Part shown: positions 19,157-28,318 of the stretch, in pieces
Layout of the letters: the number at the start of each line of letters is the position of its first letter
Position numbering within the stretch: position 1 is the stretch's first letter
Origin: Candidatus Micrarchaeota archaeon
Lineage (GTDB): Archaea > Micrarchaeota > Micrarchaeia > Micrarchaeales > CABMGC01
DNA length: 64,000 bases
Assembly (NCBI GenBank): GCA_027365175.1
Contig: DAHXNY010000002.1
Coordinates: 5,623-69,622 of the forward strand
Direction: 5' to 3'
Made by a program: the position numbers and the translations under genes
The notes under the pieces: model-generated
Told to the model about the DNA's origin: nothing
Databases searched by the model: none
Seen by the model: only the letters and a program-made list of their open reading frames with translations

Positions 19157-19687
19157 ATGAAACTCATTGTGATTTACGGGCCGCCTGCTGCAGGTAAGCT
19201 TACTGTGTCAAAGGAGCTATCCAGGATTACCGGATACAAACTGTTTCACAACCATCTTGCAATCGATTTCATAGAGTCTGTACTGGACAGGAGTGATGCA
19301 AAGTTCTGGGAATTACTGGATAAATACAGGCTGGGGCTGATAGAGGCGGCTGCGGAAGGCAACGTGCAAGGCCTGATAATGACCTCCGTATACATAAAAG
19401 GCAACGATGACAAATTCATCAAGGATATTGTAGAAGCGGTAGAGAAGCATGGCGGCGATGTCCATTTCGTGCATCTTCTATGCGACAGGAAGCATCTTGA
19501 ATCAAGGCTTTCCGAACCATCGAGGAAAGAGTTCGGCAAACTCACAGACATTGGCCTATTCAATAACTTTGTAGCTTCAAACGATGTCTTTTCAAGGATA
19601 AGCTTTGTGCAATCGTATGAGATAGACAATACAGGTATTGCACCTGACGAGACTGCAAAGATGATAAAGGTGCATTACTCGCTGTAG
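19157..19687 (+). CDS. P-loop kinase-like protein (AAA_33/shikimate kinase-like fold)
   Basis: N-terminal Walker A GPPAAGK, 176 aa. Confidence 0.5.
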   Translation: MKLIVIYGPPAAGKLTVSKELSRITGYKLFHNHLAIDFIESVLDRSDAKFWELLDKYRLGLIEAAAEGNVQGLIMTSVYIKGNDDKFIKDIVEAVEKHGGDVHFVHLLCDRKHLESRLSEPSRKEFGKLTDIGLFNNFVASNDVFSRISFVQSYEIDNTGIAPDETAKMIKVHYSL

Positions 19688-20484
19688 GTGAAATCAGGCT
19701 CGGATATCGTCCTTACGATGTCAACTAATTTGTCATGAAGGAACTTATTTGAGAGTATGGCCCCCTCTATGGGCCTGTCATAGGCCTGGCTGGTGCCTGA
19801 AAGGCTTGTAACCCTGCCGCCTGCTTCAGTAACTATGACCTTTGCAGCTGCAGTGTCGTAAGGCATTCTAGCCGGATGCAAGCTTGCAGAGAGCTCTCCG
19901 GAAGCCACCAGCGCTCCCATCTGTGCTATCGAACCGAGCATAAGCACGCTCGCCCCCCTGTCTATAAATGCGCTATAAGATTCTATTATGTCACGCTGCG
20001 CGCTCTTCCACGCTGCCATGCCTATAACTGCGCCTTGGAACGAGTACTCATTGGATACTGATATCTTGTCATTGTTCAGTTTTGCTCCGAAGCCGGCCAC
20101 TCCTGTAAACATCTTATCATGGAAAGGGTCATAGATTACCCCGATGGAGCTCCTGCCATTTTCAACAAGTGCTATTGAGAAGACAGACATGGGTATTCCT
20201 TTCGAGAAGACCATTGTGCCATCAACAGGGTCACACACCCATGTATATCCGCTGTTCTTTGATTTAGGGCTGTATTCTTCTGCAAGTATGTCGTGCTTAG
20301 GATACTCCTTCCGTACCGCATCTATTACCATGCTGTTTATCCTTTTGTCAACATCAGTCACTACGGTCTTATCCTCCTTCATCTCTATTGCCAGGTCTTT
20401 CCTCACGCTATGCTTCATTATCTCCCCGGCTTCCCTGGCAAGCTCTACTGCGAATCCTAACTGTTTAGACTGCGTTTTGTTCAC
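19675..20484 (-). CDS. suhB: Inositol monophosphatase/fructose-1,6-bisphosphatase family protein
   Basis: Motifs AEE, WVCDPVDGT and a C-terminal WD-like block, 269 aa. Confidence 0.85.
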   Translation of the reverse strand: MNKTQSKQLGFAVELAREAGEIMKHSVRKDLAIEMKEDKTVVTDVDKRINSMVIDAVRKEYPKHDILAEEYSPKSKNSGYTWVCDPVDGTMVFSKGIPMSVFSIALVENGRSSIGVIYDPFHDKMFTGVAGFGAKLNNDKISVSNEYSFQGAVIGMAAWKSAQRDIIESYSAFIDRGASVLMLGSIAQMGALVASGELSASLHPARMPYDTAAAKVIVTEAGGRVTSLSGTSQAYDRPIEGAILSNKFLHDKLVDIVRTISEPDFTYSE

Positions 20485-20548
20485 TAAAGCACTAGGAATA
20501 TCTGTAAACCTGTGATATATAAAAATAGCCTAAGGTCTATGGTAAGGA

Positions 20549-21265
20549 TTAAACGAAGTCGTTCATCTTTGCCTGCCTTATTATCTGCATGGTCTTCCAT
20601 CTCTGCCTTATGAACTTTGCAAACTTCTCGTTTGCAAGATTATCCTTTATCGCATCTATGGTCTTCGAATCTGAAGGATAGCCGCTCCCTATGTCCACTC
20701 CAAGATAATCTGTTATCCTCTCTATCTCCCTGTCGCGTATGACCTTTGCAATTATGCTGGCGCTCGAGACTACCGGGTAAGTTGCGTCTGCCTTGTGCTC
20801 CGCTATCACAGATATCCTCTTAGAGCCGCTTGCCGCCATCCCATTCACCTGTTTCTTACCTGCAACCCCCTTCACATGCATATTCCTTGCCGAGAAGAGG
20901 CTTACGCGCATCCCAAACCTCTCAGAGATTACATCCGGAGAGTCGAGGAAGACCTTGTTCGGCTCTGTCTTGAGCGAGTCTATAAGCCTTGCGAAGTTAA
21001 GGGCCTCAAGCTGGTTTATAGATATATTGCTCGTTATCGCCTGGTCTATCTCCTCGCTGCTTATGCTATAGCTCCTGACCTCATCAGCTATGGATGTTAT
21101 TTCATCAAAGAGGAACTCCCTCTTCTTAGGGGTGAGCATCTTGGAGTCCCTGACCCCTATCTTGCTGAACTTTGCTTCTTTGCTCTTCTTTACACTAACC
21201 AGTCCAACAACTAAGGGGCCGAGTACCGCGCCCCTACCGGCTTCGTCTCCGCCGGCTATAATAAT
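20549..21265 (-). CDS. rnhB: Ribonuclease HII (start codon non-canonical or uncertain)
   Basis: IIAGGDEAGRGAVLGPLVV lies upstream of the first ATG (21139). ADATYPVVSSASIIAKV lies downstream. The only possible starts are ATT/ATT/ATA after a GGTGA SD. Confidence 0.8.
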   Translation of the reverse strand: MIIAGGDEAGRGAVLGPLVVGLVSVKKSKEAKFSKIGVRDSKMLTPKKREFLFDEITSIADEVRSYSISSEEIDQAITSNISINQLEALNFARLIDSLKTEPNKVFLDSPDVISERFGMRVSLFSARNMHVKGVAGKKQVNGMAASGSKRISVIAEHKADATYPVVSSASIIAKVIRDREIERITDYLGVDIGSGYPSDSKTIDAIKDNLANEKFAKFIRQRWKTMQIIRQAKMNDFV

Positions 21266-21276
21266 AAGATCACCTT

Positions 21277-21537
21277 TCAGAGACCCTTCCTGTCAACTAC
21301 GATAAGATCGTTAACAGCAACGACATTCGAGTACGGGACATGCAGCTTGCCGCTCTTTATGTTGAGCTTGTTGACATATTCGCTATCTACGTTAGGCTCT
21401 ATCACCATTACGCTGAGCTTGCCGCTTGTCTCATTTAGCTCTGCATCCTCGAACTTTCCGAGGTCAAATCCGTCGTTAGTAACGACCTGTTTACCGACTA
21501 GTTGCTCTGCAATTACATATTTTACCATGGAACACAC
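21277..21537 (-). CDS. PRC-barrel domain protein
   Basis: 86 aa. GKQVVTNDGFDLGKFEDAELNETSGKL is a typical PRC-barrel pattern. Confidence 0.55.
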   Translation of the reverse strand: MCSMVKYVIAEQLVGKQVVTNDGFDLGKFEDAELNETSGKLSVMVIEPNVDSEYVNKLNIKSGKLHVPYSNVVAVNDLIVVDRKGL

Positions 21538-21673
21538 CAGCTTTTTCTACTCATTTATCATTAGGATTAAATATTTATACCTATTCTCTTCGGCAGATAC
21601 ACGCATATACACTTGCCAGCAGGTTTTAGATTCAAAAACATCGTATTGCACAGGCTGCATCATTGGTATTAAG

Positions 21674-21682
21674 CTTAAATAT
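21674..21682 (+). promoter_or_regulatory. TATA-like box upstream of alba
   Basis: cttaaatat lies about 50 nt upstream of the ATG at 21733. SD aaggtgag at 21720-21727. Confidence 0.35.
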
Positions 21683-21732
21683 CTTGTCAGGCAATATGAT
21701 AGCAATCAGTTAGTTTTGCTTAAGGTGAGACA

Positions 21733-22035
21733 ATGGTAGAGAGCACAGAAACAATTGGAGATATGGCACAGGAGAATGTAGTCTTAATAGGCAAGAAGCC
21801 TACGATGAACTATGTTCTGGCAGTGGTAACACAGTTCAACAACGGTGCGAAGAACGTGAAGATAAGAGCAAGAGGCAATGCGATCTCACGCGCAGTCGAC
21901 GTTGCTGAGATATCGAGGAACAGGTTCCTTACCGATCTTGCCGTGAAGGATATAATAATAAATTCGGAAGAGCTATCCAACGAGGACGGCACCAAGTCAA
22001 AGGTAAGCTCGATAGAGATACTGATGAACAAGTGA
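21733..22035 (+). CDS. albA: DNA/RNA-binding protein Alba
   Basis: [46 protein letters not shown] is a classic Alba sequence. Confidence 0.9.
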   Translation: MVESTETIGDMAQENVVLIGKKPTMNYVLAVVTQFNNGAKNVKIRARGNAISRAVDVAEISRNRFLTDLAVKDIIINSEELSNEDGTKSKVSSIEILMNK

Positions 22036-22082
22036 AGAGCGCAAGCTTTTCCTGTCCATGCAGGTTTTCGTTTGTGTAGTCA

Positions 22083-22565
22083 ATGGAGATAGAAGCCGTA
22101 GGCATAGAGAAGGACGAGGAGACCCAGATAATCATAGGCCATGCTGGTTTCATCAAGACAGCAGAGGACCTTTATGAGGCCATGGCTGGCTGTGTCCCAT
22201 CTGCGAAATTCGGAATAGCATTCGCAGAGGCGAGCGGAAAGAAGCTCGTAAGAAAAGAAGGAAACGACGAGCAGCTGATATCTCTTGCAACAAAGAACAT
22301 GATGAAGGTAAGGGCCGGCCACTCCTTCATGATAATGTTCAAGGGCGCATTTCCTATAAATGTCGTAAATGCCATAAAGTCAGTGAGTGAGGTTTCTAAC
22401 ATCTACTGCGCAACTGCAAATCCCGTACAGGTTCTGGTTGTAAGGACGGAACAGGGAGCATCAATAATAGGGATAATGGACGGAAGTGAAACTGTAGGAG
22501 TTGAGACTGAGCAGGACATACGGGAGAGGAGGGAGCTGCTCAGGAAATTCGGATATAAAAAATAA
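22083..22565 (+). CDS. Adenosine-specific kinase family protein (PF04008-like)
   Basis: IIGHAGFIKTAEDLYEA...KFGIAFAEASGKKLVR...AGHSF...PINVVNAIK...CATANP. Confidence 0.7.
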   Translation: MEIEAVGIEKDEETQIIIGHAGFIKTAEDLYEAMAGCVPSAKFGIAFAEASGKKLVRKEGNDEQLISLATKNMMKVRAGHSFMIMFKGAFPINVVNAIKSVSEVSNIYCATANPVQVLVVRTEQGASIIGIMDGSETVGVETEQDIRERRELLRKFGYKK

Positions 22566-22573
22566 GTGTAATC

Positions 22574-23818
22574 ATGGATTACATAGCTGATCTTCACATA
22601 CACTCAAGGTATGCTGCTGCCTGCAGCGACAAGCTCACTGTAGAGAATATAGAAACTGCAGCAGAGGAGAAGGGAATAAACATAATAGGCACAGGTGACT
22701 TCACGCATCCGAAATGGATGGATGAGCTCAAATCCTCCCTGAAGGAAGGCCCTGCAGGAGTGTACCATGCCAACAAGGGAAAAGTGAGCTTCGTCCTAAG
22801 CTCAGAGGTCTGTACAATCTCTAATCCTGATGGCAAAGGCGCAAAGAAGGTGCATACATGCATCATTGCACCAAGCATTGCAGATGCTGAAAACATAAAC
22901 CGCTCTCTGTCAAAGCATGGCAATTTAGGAATCGATGGGAGACCTATACTGATGATGCCTGCAGAGGAGCTTGCGAATGAGATAAAGGACGCGTGTCAGG
23001 AAGCGATACTCTTTCCAGCTCACATATGGACGCCGTGGTTCGGCGCGCTCGGAGCAATGTCAGGTTTCAACTCAATGGAAGACGCATATGGCAGCGCAGC
23101 AAAGCATATATCTGGATATGAGACAGGCCTGTCAAGCGATCCGCCGATGAACTGGAGAGTGTCAAAGCTAGACAAATATGCAATGCTGTCTAACAGCGAT
23201 GCCCATTCGCTTCCGAAACTGGCGCGAGAAGCCACTGTATTTGATCTGAAGGAGCCGTCATACAAGGAACTTGCCAATGCAATAACCAACAACAAAAATA
23301 TACGGATGACCGTGGAGTTCTATCCTGAAGAGGGCAAATACCATTTTGACGGGCATAGGAATTGCAAGGTATCTCTTAGCCCTGAGCAGTCAAAGAGATA
23401 CAACGGGATATGCCCTGTATGCAGGAGGAAGCTTACCATAGGTGTCATGCACAGGGTCGATGAGCTTGCGGACAGGGAGGAAGGGTACGCCCCTAAGAAT
23501 GCTCCATCGTATGTGCACGCGGTGCCTCTTATAGAGATAATATCGCAGGTTGCAGGAAAGGGCCAGGGGACAGCGCAGGTAGCAGCAACATACGGCAAGA
23601 TGATAAATAAATTCGGAAACGAGATGAATGCACTGATAAACGCAAAGCCAGAGGACCTTGCAGCTGCGGACAGGGAGGTTGGGAAGGCGATAGAGCGTGT
23701 AAGGGAAGAGAGGATAAAAGTAACCCCCGGATATGACGGGGTGTTCGGCATTGTGGAACTATTCAAGGATTCGGTGCAGCAGAAGGCAAACGGCCAGAGA
23801 ACGATAAACGAATTCTGA
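22574..23818 (+). CDS. endoQ: Endonuclease Q-like PHP-domain nuclease
   Basis: N-terminal ADLHIHSRY PHP motif, GTGDFTHP, and a C-terminal zinc finger CPVCRRKLTIGVMHRV. The 414-aa size is typical for EndoQ. Confidence 0.7.
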   Translation: MDYIADLHIHSRYAAACSDKLTVENIETAAEEKGINIIGTGDFTHPKWMDELKSSLKEGPAGVYHANKGKVSFVLSSEVCTISNPDGKGAKKVHTCIIAPSIADAENINRSLSKHGNLGIDGRPILMMPAEELANEIKDACQEAILFPAHIWTPWFGALGAMSGFNSMEDAYGSAAKHISGYETGLSSDPPMNWRVSKLDKYAMLSNSDAHSLPKLAREATVFDLKEPSYKELANAITNNKNIRMTVEFYPEEGKYHFDGHRNCKVSLSPEQSKRYNGICPVCRRKLTIGVMHRVDELADREEGYAPKNAPSYVHAVPLIEIISQVAGKGQGTAQVAATYGKMINKFGNEMNALINAKPEDLAAADREVGKAIERVREERIKVTPGYDGVFGIVELFKDSVQQKANGQRTINEF

Positions 23819-23839
23819 TAAAAGGTATAAAAACATATT

Positions 23840-25666
23840 ATGACAAATTTTAATTACGGGAATACTATGCAAAAGACAACTCTATTATCATTGGTAGTGT
23901 TAGGATTCATGCTTGCAGGGCTTGCAAACGCTTACAGCACCCAGATCTATGATCCTGCAGTGGTAAGTGCAACATCGGGACAGCTTACAAACATACGCTT
24001 AAATGTGACAAGCGGCACAGGGGCCGTTACAGTATCGGGGCCATCAAGTGTCGCACAGGACACTCTGCAATCTGCGGAGACAGGAGCTGCATATGCCGCA
24101 AACTATCTAGGAGTCAATGAAAGCGCATACAACTTCTCATATTACATAAATGACAATAACAGTCCTGTATCAGGACCAAGCGCAGGGCTATCATTCACCA
24201 TCCTTGCCATATCCGGGCTTGAGCACAAGCCTATAATCCAGAATCTTGCTGCTACAGGGACAATATCCCCTAACGGGACCGCAGGGCTGATAGGAGGCAT
24301 ATTCGACAAGGCTGCGGCTGCAAAGGCAGCAGGCAAATCCTTCCTGATAGTCCCCTACGCACCCAATTCATCTATAGAGAGCATGTTCTACTATGCAGCC
24401 CAGCAGAACCTTGGCATAGGTATTGTAGAGGTAAAGGATGCATCAGAGGCATTGCCATACGCTTTCGGAAACAAGGCTCCCCAGCAGATGCACTTCAATT
24501 ACAGCCAGAACTACTCTATAACAACGCTTCCAAGCGCAAACCAGACGTGCAACGCATGCAACATATCCTACTTCTACTCCCTTGAGAACATGACGACTAA
24601 CATGACCACAGCTGAGATAAACTCCATGGGCGGCAACTTCTCTTCTCTGAAGCAGCAGATGCTATCTGTACTTGGAGCATACTCAGCCATAGGCGCAAAG
24701 GGCTACCTCTACACCGCTTCCGATCTTGCATTCAATGAATACATAGACGCATATACTATTGCAAGCATGAACAACGCATCGCTGCAGAACGCATCATCTA
24801 CCATTAGCAGGGTGCAGGACTACTGCAATTCGCTCTCTGCCCCGCAACTTACTACCCTTAATTATGAGTATGTAATAGGAGGGGAATTCAGACAGGCTCT
24901 TGCAAACCAGACATTAAATGAATCGGTATCAGAGTTAAACTCGTCAACATCAAGCGACGGAGTAACCCTCGCATTAAGGAACGTAGGAACAGCGTATGCA
25001 TGGTGCAAGGCGGCTTCCACAATGTATAATACTGCATACACAATGGGAGGCGCGAACGTTACATACGATAGCAGCATAAGGGACATAGCGGATAATTACC
25101 TCTCAAACGCAACTTCAAGATCAATGCCAAACACATATCTCGGCATTGCTGCACAAGCATTCAAGAACGGCAATTACTACGTCTCGATATACGGCTCCGT
25201 ATACTCAAACATATTCGGGTCAAACCTTGTAGCCAACAGGAGCTCTGCACAGGCAGCATACAGCACTGCGACAAACCAGCAGTACGGCATCTGGGCAAAG
25301 GAGTTTGATGTACAATCGGCATTCTTCCTAAACCAGGCAAACCAGACGCATAACTCCTCCATGCAATCAAGCTACTTTGTAAGTGCGTACTCCGCAGCAC
25401 TCCTATCGTCAGGACTCTCAAATGCAAACAAGCAGATAAGCTCCAATTTCGCTAACTACACCTCAGTTTATCCACAGGGCTACGCAGGCATACAGAATCA
25501 GTTGAATGAGATATTCGGCATGCTGACGCTAATATTCATAATGCTGATACTGATCTTCATCATACTGCTGAAGAATGAGATAAAGAGGCGCCCAAAGCAA
25601 GTATGGTCCGATGTCCAAGCCCCGAAGCTAGCTAAGAGAGCATCAGCCAAAAGAAAGACAAGGTAA
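23840..25666 (+). CDS. Secreted/membrane-anchored protein with Lon-type (S16) protease domain and large N-glycosylation-sequon-rich region
   Basis: Signal peptide (LAGLANA/YS), S16-like SGPSAGLSF...ATGTISPNG...GGIFDKAAAAKAAG, many N-x-S/T sites, and a C-terminal TM helix with a basic tail. Confidence 0.55.
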   Translation: MTNFNYGNTMQKTTLLSLVVLGFMLAGLANAYSTQIYDPAVVSATSGQLTNIRLNVTSGTGAVTVSGPSSVAQDTLQSAETGAAYAANYLGVNESAYNFSYYINDNNSPVSGPSAGLSFTILAISGLEHKPIIQNLAATGTISPNGTAGLIGGIFDKAAAAKAAGKSFLIVPYAPNSSIESMFYYAAQQNLGIGIVEVKDASEALPYAFGNKAPQQMHFNYSQNYSITTLPSANQTCNACNISYFYSLENMTTNMTTAEINSMGGNFSSLKQQMLSVLGAYSAIGAKGYLYTASDLAFNEYIDAYTIASMNNASLQNASSTISRVQDYCNSLSAPQLTTLNYEYVIGGEFRQALANQTLNESVSELNSSTSSDGVTLALRNVGTAYAWCKAASTMYNTAYTMGGANVTYDSSIRDIADNYLSNATSRSMPNTYLGIAAQAFKNGNYYVSIYGSVYSNIFGSNLVANRSSAQAAYSTATNQQYGIWAKEFDVQSAFFLNQANQTHNSSMQSSYFVSAYSAALLSSGLSNANKQISSNFANYTSVYPQGYAGIQNQLNEIFGMLTLIFIMLILIFIILLKNEIKRRPKQVWSDVQAPKLAKRASAKRKTR

Positions 25667-25667
25667 A

Positions 25668-26900
25668 CTACCCACGACTGAAGGTCGTGGGCTTTCCATA
25701 AGTTGATGAAATATGTCGCACAGCAACAATTGGTTCAGCAACCGCATCTGGACGGATAAGCCCGTTTACGGTGACTCGCCTATTGGAAATCTGGAAGTTT
25801 TTATGGTTAGCAATATGCTTCCGCTCCAACAGGGATTTGATGGCAATATTCATACTCGCCTTTCTATCGGAGTTCACGACAACTCCGCATTCCTTGCATC
25901 TGAACAGGGCATAATTTCTACCGTCATGTCCCTTACCAACAGCACCGCAGTGGTTGCAGAACTTCGATGTATGCCACGCATCAACTACATTCAGCGTAAT
26001 ATCCTTGTCAAAACACCTTTGCATAAGGTTACTCTTAAAAGTAAAGAAAGGAATCCTCATGACTTCACGATTAAATCGCTTTCCTTTAGGACTGAACCGT
26101 TTAAGGTTCTCAATGGAAATATCAGCATCGTATCTCAAGGCAAGGTCGGTAATGCTCCTTACGATTTCTCCTATTCGGTTCTTGACAAAATTATGTTCAT
26201 TTCGTTTAGTCCTGTTCAATGCCTTGTTTGCATAGGAACTTCCGGTATCAGCATAACTTTGGAGCAGGGACTTCCTCTCAAATATCTTCTTTCTTTTAAC
26301 CCAAATATCCTTACCGAAATAATCCTGATGCAGAATCTTCCCTTCAGGAGAGATGATGGAAACTGCAAAGCGCTTGCTATTAACATCAATTCCAAGAACA
26401 TTCTTCTTCAAAGGCAGTACGGTCTCATCTTTAGAGAGATATGCGACAATCTCCAATTTAGGAGTCAGCCCATAGGTCTTGCATGTCCATCCAGCTTTAA
26501 TCAAGTCAGAATATCTCTGGAAATTGCGATTTTGGGCAATGGGGACTGCAATGCGTTTTCATGGATAAATCCCCAGTTCAATGAATGGCATAGTCTTGGA
26601 AAAGGTCTTGCAGTTGCGTGGAACATTGAATTTGACAGTAATCCTTTTGACCTTTCCTTTACTTTTCCAAACAGCACGTTCACGGCAGGCATAAACCTGA
26701 ACGTTGAATCCAGTTCTTGCTTTGGATTTTGCAAAGGTCTTTCTGTGGAACTCCATGAATTTGGTGCAGGGGTCCCTTTCATCCCACAGGAGATTGAACT
26801 CGCCGGCAGCCTTCATGGAAAAGTCAGCGAGGAGTTTATGTTTCCTGCCAGTAATATCATCAGTTTGCAGAAGAATAGCGCGTCGCATACTGCTAACCAC
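25668..26900 (-). pseudogene. tnpB: tnpB (IS605 OrfB/TnpB nuclease) interrupted by one in-frame TGA at 26559-26561
   Basis: ORFs 26559-26900 and 25668-26504 share one frame. RuvC-like IDVNSKRFAV, zinc finger CNHCG...CKECG and NSDRKASMNIA are present. About 410 codons in total. Confidence 0.8.
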
Positions 26901-26990
26901 ATATATATGCTCCAGAAGATATATGATAATAACTACTCGACAATTCCTCCCACCCGTAAACGGCGTGGGCTTCCTTGTCGAGATTAGGTG
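25668..26990 (-). mobile_element. IS200/IS605-family element with tnpB only (no tnpA)
   Basis: tnpB-like frame flanked by same-strand hairpins CCCACGAC-TGAAG-GTCGTGGG (25671-25691) and CCCACCCG-TAAA-CGGCGTGGG (26949-26969). The right boundary is defined by identity with the 38091-38473 copy. Confidence 0.75.
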
Positions 26991-26998
26991 AGTTTATA

Positions 26999-27451
26999 GT
27001 GGACGTATTCTGCAAAAGAGACGCACTTCTGCCTACTATATTCTATGAAAATGCACACTTCATGCTAGTATACGATAAGTATCCTATAGTGAGGGGCCAC
27101 ATGCTCATAATACCAAAAAGACACGTGGAGGACATTATAGCTCTTGACGCTGAGGAATGGGAGAGCCTCAGGCAGTTAAAAGACAAAGTTCTGCCTATCG
27201 CACTAAGGCGATACTGCGGAGAGAGCATATCCTATAATGTGGCAATACAGATAGGCGAACACTCTGGAAGGGAGATAGACCATTTGCACATACATATACT
27301 TCCAAGGGCTCCCGGTGACAGTTTCGAAGGGGACTCCAGGAAGCTATACCGCAACATAGTCGAGAGGAATGAAAGACAGGACTCATCATGGGTAGAGGAA
27401 GAGGTGCAGGCTCTCAGAAAACTCCTCAAATATACGCCAAAGAAGCAATGA
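26999..27451 (+). CDS. HIT-family (histidine triad) hydrolase
   Basis: GHMLIIPKRHV and HLHIHILPR. GTG start at 26999, 7 nt after AGGTGA contributed by the IS end. Confidence 0.85.
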   Translation: MDVFCKRDALLPTIFYENAHFMLVYDKYPIVRGHMLIIPKRHVEDIIALDAEEWESLRQLKDKVLPIALRRYCGESISYNVAIQIGEHSGREIDHLHIHILPRAPGDSFEGDSRKLYRNIVERNERQDSSWVEEEVQALRKLLKYTPKKQ

Positions 27452-28310
27452 GTATTGCGATAAGCGCAAGACCCATCCCTGCCAAAGAGGTATTCCTTGC
27501 CCTTCTGTAGCCTTTCTTATCGCCAAGAAGGAAGACTACGCCTGAATTGAACACAAGTATATCCGAGATGACTATCAGCGCCCCGTAGTATATGTTATAC
27601 ATGAAAGGCTGCATATCGAGGAAGAGATAGAGCGTTATGCCTATTGCTATCATATACAGGATAAACGCCGCTGCTGCAGCCGCTCTCCTGCCTATAACCA
27701 CCGGCAACGTCCTTACCTTTCTCGCTTTCACATCACCTTCCATATCCCTTACTGTGCCGTTTATCTCACGCGCCAGCCCGCTCAGGAATATCATCGCCAT
27801 TATCAGCAATACTGCAGGCCTGATGCTGCTTGACACCACATAAGCGCCGAATATGAAGACTATCGCCATAGAGGCTGCGATATATGCATTTCCAAGCAGC
27901 AGCATGTCCTTCATCCTGTAGCTGTATACAATTGAAAGGGCAGCAAATATTATCGCTATTGCAAGGCAGTAAACATTTATCATGGCACTCGCGGCTATGC
28001 CTATTATCATCGATATCGCAGTTATGTAAAGCGCATCCTTTGGTTTAAGGCTTCCTTTCAGCAGGGGATTATTCTTCCTGTTTATCCTATCCGTCTCAAG
28101 GTCAAAGTAATCATTTATGGCAAACGCACCCATGCTTACGAATACCGGAGTTATTATACTCAGTATCAGATCCTTGATTCCCGGAAGACCCAGAGCTATC
28201 ATTTCAGCAGCCACTACTGCTATTATCAGCATAAGGCTGTGCTCTATCCGTGTAAGCTTTATTATGTCCTTTATCTTTCCCATAACAGCATACCAATTAT
28301 ACCTGCTCAA
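27426..28310 (-). CDS. UbiA-family prenyltransferase (DGGGP synthase-like)
   Basis: NDYFDLETDRINRKNNPL motif in a polytopic 294-aa protein. Confidence 0.75.
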   Translation of the reverse strand: MSRYNWYAVMGKIKDIIKLTRIEHSLMLIIAVVAAEMIALGLPGIKDLILSIITPVFVSMGAFAINDYFDLETDRINRKNNPLLKGSLKPKDALYITAISMIIGIAASAMINVYCLAIAIIFAALSIVYSYRMKDMLLLGNAYIAASMAIVFIFGAYVVSSSIRPAVLLIMAMIFLSGLAREINGTVRDMEGDVKARKVRTLPVVIGRRAAAAAAFILYMIAIGITLYLFLDMQPFMYNIYYGALIVISDILVFNSGVVFLLGDKKGYRRARNTSLAGMGLALIAILIASLAYI

Positions 28311-28318
28311 TTTAAAAA

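Noticed and set aside
26559-26561. Possibility that TGA is a sense codon (recoded genetic code) in this organism.
   Set aside because: Well-conserved genes end at TGA exactly where their homologues end (glyS 3934-3936, the translin-like gene 5347-5349, and several others). TGA therefore functions as a stop.
25713-26987. A 424-aa ORF on the + strand spans the entire first IS element, antisense to tnpB. It stays open even across the position of the tnpB TGA.
   Set aside because: The minus-strand frame carries unmistakable TnpB motifs (RuvC-like, CxxC...CxxC zinc finger), and the + strand translation has no recognisable motif. Long antisense shadow ORFs are common throughout this window, which suggests a codon-usage effect. 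I treat it as a shadow ORF, though its length is striking.
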